DNA of 62,165 bases, filler included, from Vannella sp. (taxonomy: Eukaryota): assembly GCA_023345925.1 (NCBI GenBank). It is 6 parts of 6 records of this genome, joined end to end, with 100 filler letters (N's around TTAATTAATTAA, not from the genome) between each part and the next. Parts side by side here need not be neighbours in the genome. Positions count along the whole stretch, not along the records: positions 41,620 to 62,165 come from JAJQQN010000559.1; 5 more parts are not named here. One strand, given 5' to 3'. Below, piece after piece: positions 57,051-62,165 of this stretch; position 1 is the stretch's first letter; every line of letters begins with the position of its first letter. Under the pieces are notes generated by a model. That model worked only from the letters and a program-made list of their open reading frames with translations. It did no database searches and was not told the origin of the DNA. The position numbers and the translations under genes are program-made.

Positions 57051-58345
57051 ATGGAAGAGGCGGCAGTGGAGGCTGGTGCCGTGGTTGTTGAAAACATCGA
57101 AGCTGGTGCAGTTGCTGCGGGATTCTTTGATGTGGGGACGTTGTGGAGCTATGTGGATAGTGCTCTGGTACTTGGGAAGGAGTCGGTGGACGTTCTGAGT
57201 GACCCTGCGCTGTGGTCGGGGGTGGAACAGCACTTAAAGCAATACATGGGAGACCAGATTACGGAGAAGATCGTTACCTATACCCTTCCTGTGTTGTCTG
57301 TGCTGGTATGGACGTTGGTAGTCTACCTTGTCGCCCACTACCGAGGTCGCCGCTCCAAAGAGAATGTCCTGGAGGGTGAGATGATGAAGACCCAATCTGC
57401 GTTGTTCCACATCGAAAAGGATCTCACAAGCTATGATCTTACTGTTAGAACCGCAACCAGTCGCCGCAGTAGCTGGAACACTAGAATGGGCCTCCTCCTT
57501 CTGTTGGTCGAAGGCATCCTGTCCGCCTACTACTACCAGTTCCATACCACATCAGCCTTCCCTTCCATTAGACCTCAAGTGCAGTATCTCCCCTTGCTGG
57601 TTGTGCCCGTGTGGTGAGTAAGGCTCAAGGAAGCGAATGTAGGGGCTAATAGTGATGGGCAGCATTCTCCTGGTCAAGTGGAGCGTTTCTTTCCTCTTCA
57701 GCACATTCATCTCAAAAGCGAACAACTCCATCAAGCGGAAGCTGAGCGAATACGCACCTCTTGTACGTTGATCAGTGGCAAGAGGGCATCTGACCTGACC
57801 TGACAGGAGTAGAGAGAGAAGTACCATCGTCTTACAGAAGAGAACAACCACGATAAGGTCCTCCGATGCATCGCAACGGTCGATCGTATCAGAGCTGACC
57901 TTCTTTCTGCGACCCAACCACCTCCTCAGCCGGTCCGCCCAGTCCAAAGACCTTTGCAGGTGACTCCTCGACCACAAGTCATTCCTCCAGCACAGAACCA
58001 AACGCCATCCGCAATCCCGCTCCAACAAGGTAAGTCGACCATCCACCCTACTTGGCAGTCCCCAGCTGACCAAACAACAGTCACAACGCCTGCTCAAAGC
58101 ACACCACTTCGAAGACAGCCCATCCCAGTTCGTGCAGACTCCTTTGGAGGATCCACGCCCATTCGCCCAGGTCAGACCCTTTCCCACAGATCCATCACAC
58201 CCTCTGACCTGCTTTGGGTACAGAGAGTCCAGGACTGTTAGGCACTACCATTGGACTGTTGGCAGGACATCGTGAGGTAGCAGAGAAGGAGCCAAGCGCC
58301 AAACAAGAGAAGAAGCTAGAAGCCAAAGAAGAGAAGGCCAATTGA
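57051..58345 (+). CDS. Membrane protein with Lunapark-like TM hairpin and Pro/Gln-rich tail, multi-exon
   Basis: Hydrophobic segments flanking a short coiled coil, then a P/Q/T-rich region. Introns near 57615 and 57764. Confidence 0.5.
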
Positions 58346-58384
58346 AGGGACTTGTGAAGAGCTGTATAAACAGTCCAAGTCCGC

Positions 58385-60947
58385 TCATTCAAAAGGGGCG
58401 AAGATATAGTCAGCGTGAATGATCATGAGAGCAAGGCAGCCATTCGTCTTGGGAATGGAGAGTGTGGACTCGATTGTCTGTTCTTCAGGTTGAAGGATGT
58501 TTGGTCCAAAGCACATTGCCATGTTCTCAGCGCCCATCTTGTTGACCTCTTGGTTATCAACCACTTTGATCATGAACCGCACAAGGAAGGTGAGGACATC
58601 ATAATTGATTTGGGGTAACGAATGCACCAGCTGCTTCAGCAGCATTATCCGCTCCTCCTCACTCTCATAATACTCCGCTGATGCCCTTGGATTGAGTGTT
58701 TGGTGATAAAGGGTGGGCACGACCTACTCATGATGTTCAAGAACTCAGAGAACATCCCAAAGGGAATGAGGGGCTCCGGTAAGTCATGGAAGAACATCTT
58801 CAGCAGCCCAGCCGCGTCATTAGGGCGGAACTCTTCCATGTTTTCCAGATCAGGTCGCACTCCTGAGAGTGTATTAGGAGAGGGATAGAAGAGACGGAGA
58901 GAATCTACCTGTGATGTAGGATTGGTTATACTCGTATCTGAGCTTCTTCACAACGGTTGAGGTGCCTGGGATTCTGAATAGTCCCATATCGTCAAGTCCA
59001 TTCTTCAGCAAGAAGTTGGTCAGATCCTGTACCACATAAGGCACATTCCCCTCTGGCTCCTCCCGCTCAACGATGTGCTCCAATGGGACGCCAAACGCTA
59101 AAGAATGTCAACAAGGTTCTCTAATTAGTCAGGAAGTTCGGAACTTACTTCGCGTCCGCTGATTTCGGGAGATGAGACCCTTAATCTCGTTAAATAGGCT
59201 ATCCCTCTTGACGAGAGAGTCCATGATCACCTCGAATTGCGACCCTTCAACGACGTTGTCATAGGCAGGCCTCTCTTCGTCAATTTTTAACAACCGGAAT
59301 CCACACGGGTATGTGTCGCTCGCCATGAGAGTGGTTTCTCCAAGAATGAACTGGTGCCGGAAGCCCATTCCTCGATTCCCATGGCTGGTGAGCAAGAGAG
59401 CCAATTTCTGGAAGACAACCAAAGCTCCTTGATTGACCTTCTTAACTCCAGGAATGGAGTATTCCACAGAAGCTTCACAGACATACTGAGAGCTTGGTCT
59501 GCTGACCTCCAATAGAATCGCAGGAGGAAGGTCAAAGACAGATCTTTTCACTCTCTCAATGTTCGCCACATTTGTTGCCTTTCCTAATGCATTGGCAATG
59601 AAATTAGAAGTCTCTTCTGTCAATATAAGCGCTTGTAGAATGGAAGAGTGTTCCTTTGTCCCCTCCTCAGTCTCAGCAAGTAGCTTTTTCAGTATTAGCT
59701 CGTAGCCTCCAATGTGGTTCAAGGGCAGAGATAGAAGCATGTTCAGGTCGGTATTCAGTTTCATCGTCCGCTCGTCGAGAAACTGATTGAAGCGCTCACA
59801 GTTATTGATGTTCTCGAAGAGCAAGTCACGAGAAACCTGGAAGTTGTGAATGTAGACTCCATAGGCACGCCAGTGAGGTGAAATATCCACAAAAAGGTCT
59901 CCTAGTCCAGTCAGGAGAGGCCATTGGGCATCTCCAAGCTCCCCAAGCTGGTCAAGGAAGGTGTGGTGAACAGAGAGAATGTGTTCAATGTTGGAGAAGA
60001 TCACTTTGAGGTCACCTGAGATGCTCTTGAGCGCTCTGTCCGTAGTGACATTCAGAGGCATGATGTACTGAGACACCACCGTAGCAAGGTTCATCACATA
60101 AGTCTTTTCTCTCTTCAATAAGCTCGCAAACGCTTGTGCCCGGCCATTGTTCCAATGCTCTCGTGTGTAGGTCCTCTTCTTACGTGCTAGGTAGCCCCGG
60201 ACCTTGGTTTGAATCGCCAGTGCAGCCTGGTTACCGAACTGATAGGAGGTGAACTTGGCCATGTCCTTCGCCATGGACTCAATTCGTCGAATCGCTCGTA
60301 TGTCACACATGTGTGTTCCCTCCATTAACCGCATCGTCTGATCTGCTTTGACTGTCGCAACAATCTTTCTTCGAACCTCCTTATCAAGGTCAATGGCCCG
60401 GAGAAGGTCTTCCAACAAGTGAGTGTAGACTTCAGCGGGCTATTGGCAATGTAAGCTCCTTTGATGGAAGATAGAGTAGAGGGGGTCCACTCACGTATTG
60501 AGACTTCTCGTTGGTGTGGTACTGGGGAGTAGCTTCCAGAGCCCTCCGAATCTCAAGGGAAGATTGAGTGAATCTACGTAGTTGCGAGCCGTTACGAGCT
60601 GCTTCCTTCCGTTTCTTATCACGCTTGCGGGTCCGACCCTTCGAGTCTACAGACTTCTTCGTGTGAGACCCTTCTTGTTGAGGGCTTCCTGGTACCGTTG
60701 CTGGCTCGACACGGTGAATGCTAGTATCCATGACAACGCTCTCTCTCTTTGACTTATCCTTCCTTTGGAAAGCTTTGCTGAGGCGGTTGTTGTTCGGCTC
60801 CGGGGACTCGGAGGACATGTTCCTCTTGATGGTACGAGCTGAGTTTGTCGCTGCACTCTTCAATGATTTCATCGGATTGGCTATCCGAGGTGATCTCATG
60901 CCAGAGCTCCAGTCGGGCTCCCCTTCAAGAGAGGGAGGCTTGGACAT
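58385..60947 (-). CDS. IQ-RhoGEF(DH)-PH-RhoGAP protein, multi-exon
   Basis: AIQTKVRGYLARK; LLKREKTYV..L; IFSNIEHI; FGVPL; GLFRIPG; LLKMFFHDLPEPL; NKMGAENMAMCFGPNIL. Confidence 0.92.
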
Positions 60948-61065
60948 CAATCCAAACAAAAAGTAACCTCATAGACAGTCTCTCACTTTTTAAAATCTAC
61001 TCAGAAGCAATAGAAGAGTGCGTTCTCTTCAGCGGTCCCTAAAAGGGATCACTTTTAGGGCCTTG

Positions 61066-62017
61066 ATGGCGCAGGGCGGCGCTTGTCAGCGGCGTAGCGC
61101 TGTCCTTGGGTGTGGGAGTAGTATACAGGCCGTACCTTCATGCTGAGTCTCAAGTGGAACCAAAGATAGAGGGCATTGGGCAGCCGGATAGGCAAGTAGA
61201 GATGGTCAACTGGTCTGGTAACCACTCTGTCCAGGCCAACCTGTTCTGCACCCCCTCCTCTGAAGCAGAAGTACAAAGCATCATGGCACATCAAGCATAC
61301 CCATCTGACCGAGTGGAACAGGCCTCTCTCCGAATGGGCTCTGCTTTGAGCCATCGGCAATGATTACTCTGTCTCAGATGACCCAGCTGGCTCATGTTGA
61401 TGCCGAGCAGAAGCTCGTACGCGTGCAACCTGGCATCTCTATTGAGAACCTCTCCAAGCAACTGGCCCCTCACGGCTTGACCTTGCAAAACTTTGCCTCT
61501 ATTCGAGAGCAGCAGCTTGTTGGGTTCACACAAGCAGGTGCACATGGTACGCATTCCTCCCGTGGATGAGAAAGTTGAGTCATTCACTCTGATCTCCCCT
61601 GCGAAAGGGCGACTTGAGGTCAGCCGCGAAGGGACTCCAGAGTTGTTCAAGCTGATGAATGTGGGCTTGGGCTGCTTTGGCGTCATCAAAGAGATGACTA
61701 TCAAGTGTGTTGAAGATCACTATCTTCGTGAAGAGACTCTCGTGAAGACGTGGGACCAAATCAAGGCGGACCATCGGAAGGATCTGCTGGCATTCCGCCA
61801 TCTCCGGTACCTTTGGATCCCTTACACTCGAGAAGCAATTGTTGTTAGAAGCAATCCAGTGGAAGAGGGTTGTCAGGAGCGATCAACAGTGAATCAGCCT
61901 CAAAGTAACGGAATGCGGACTCTCTTGAAAGAACATTCTCCTTCATTAGATGATGTGGATACCTTGGGCATTGCCCAGATGCGAGACCACTTACTTGAGG
62001 CACCGACAGTTGATTGA
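61066..62017 (+). pseudogene. L-galactono-1,4-lactone dehydrogenase (GLDH)-like FAD oxidoreductase, frameshifted and 3'-truncated
   Basis: VNWSGNH; GSALS; LTLQNFASIREQQLVGFTQAGAHGT; IPPVDE; GLGCFGV; HLRYLWIPYT. Spread over three frames with no introns at the breaks. Confidence 0.8.
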
Positions 62018-62080
62018 GCTACACTCAGAATAATGACTCACTGGTATGCTTTAGGGAGTAAGCAGAAAGTGATGAAATGA

Positions 62081-62165
62081 TCGATCCGAAAGAGCGATTG
62101 GGAGCTCGAGCTGGTGGCTATGCAGAGCTCAAGAGCCACCCTTTCTTTGAGGGTATTGACTGGGA
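62081..62165 (+). pseudogene. Fragment of an AGC kinase (PDK1-like) C-lobe
   Basis: DPKERLGARAGGYAELKSHPFFEGIDW, preceded by an in-frame TGA and with no upstream kinase exons. Confidence 0.6.

Overview
This is gene-dense eukaryotic nuclear DNA with short GT-AG introns (about 40-80 nt), the standard genetic code and very short intergenic spaces. It is most consistent with an amoebozoan-type protist, based on a cortexillin-like gene and RCC1, CUB and LRR surface-protein families. The window is not contiguous: five artificial 100-nt linkers (N44-TTAATTAATTAA-N44) join six contigs (1-9897, 9998-20562, 20663-27169, 27270-34062, 34163-41519, 41620-62165). Recognisable housekeeping genes are TM9SF, RPSA, Gemin2, mS37-like, SMIM8-like, a serine carboxypeptidase, nucleoplasmin-FKBP, an SPFH protein, RNASEH2C, eIF3f, DnaJ-X, MFAP1, a MEF2-like factor, an arrestin and Rho regulators. 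The most notable items are: (1) an intronless PhnZ(HD)-PhnY(Fe/2OG) fusion that would degrade phosphonates oxidatively, with domain order opposite to fungal PhoF; (2) tandem giant CUB-repeat surface proteins with a Ser/Thr stalk, a GPS(HL|T) motif and a single TM helix; (3) an LRR surface-protein gene built one repeat per same-phase exon, with a recent exon+intron duplication; (4) a homolog of p1, a subunit of the ciliate 6mA MTA1 complex; (5) a cortexillin-like protein with six extra CH domains plus PH and LRR; (6) several genes broken by small indels (GLDH, GST, RCC1). All calls come from reading motifs by eye, without database searches.
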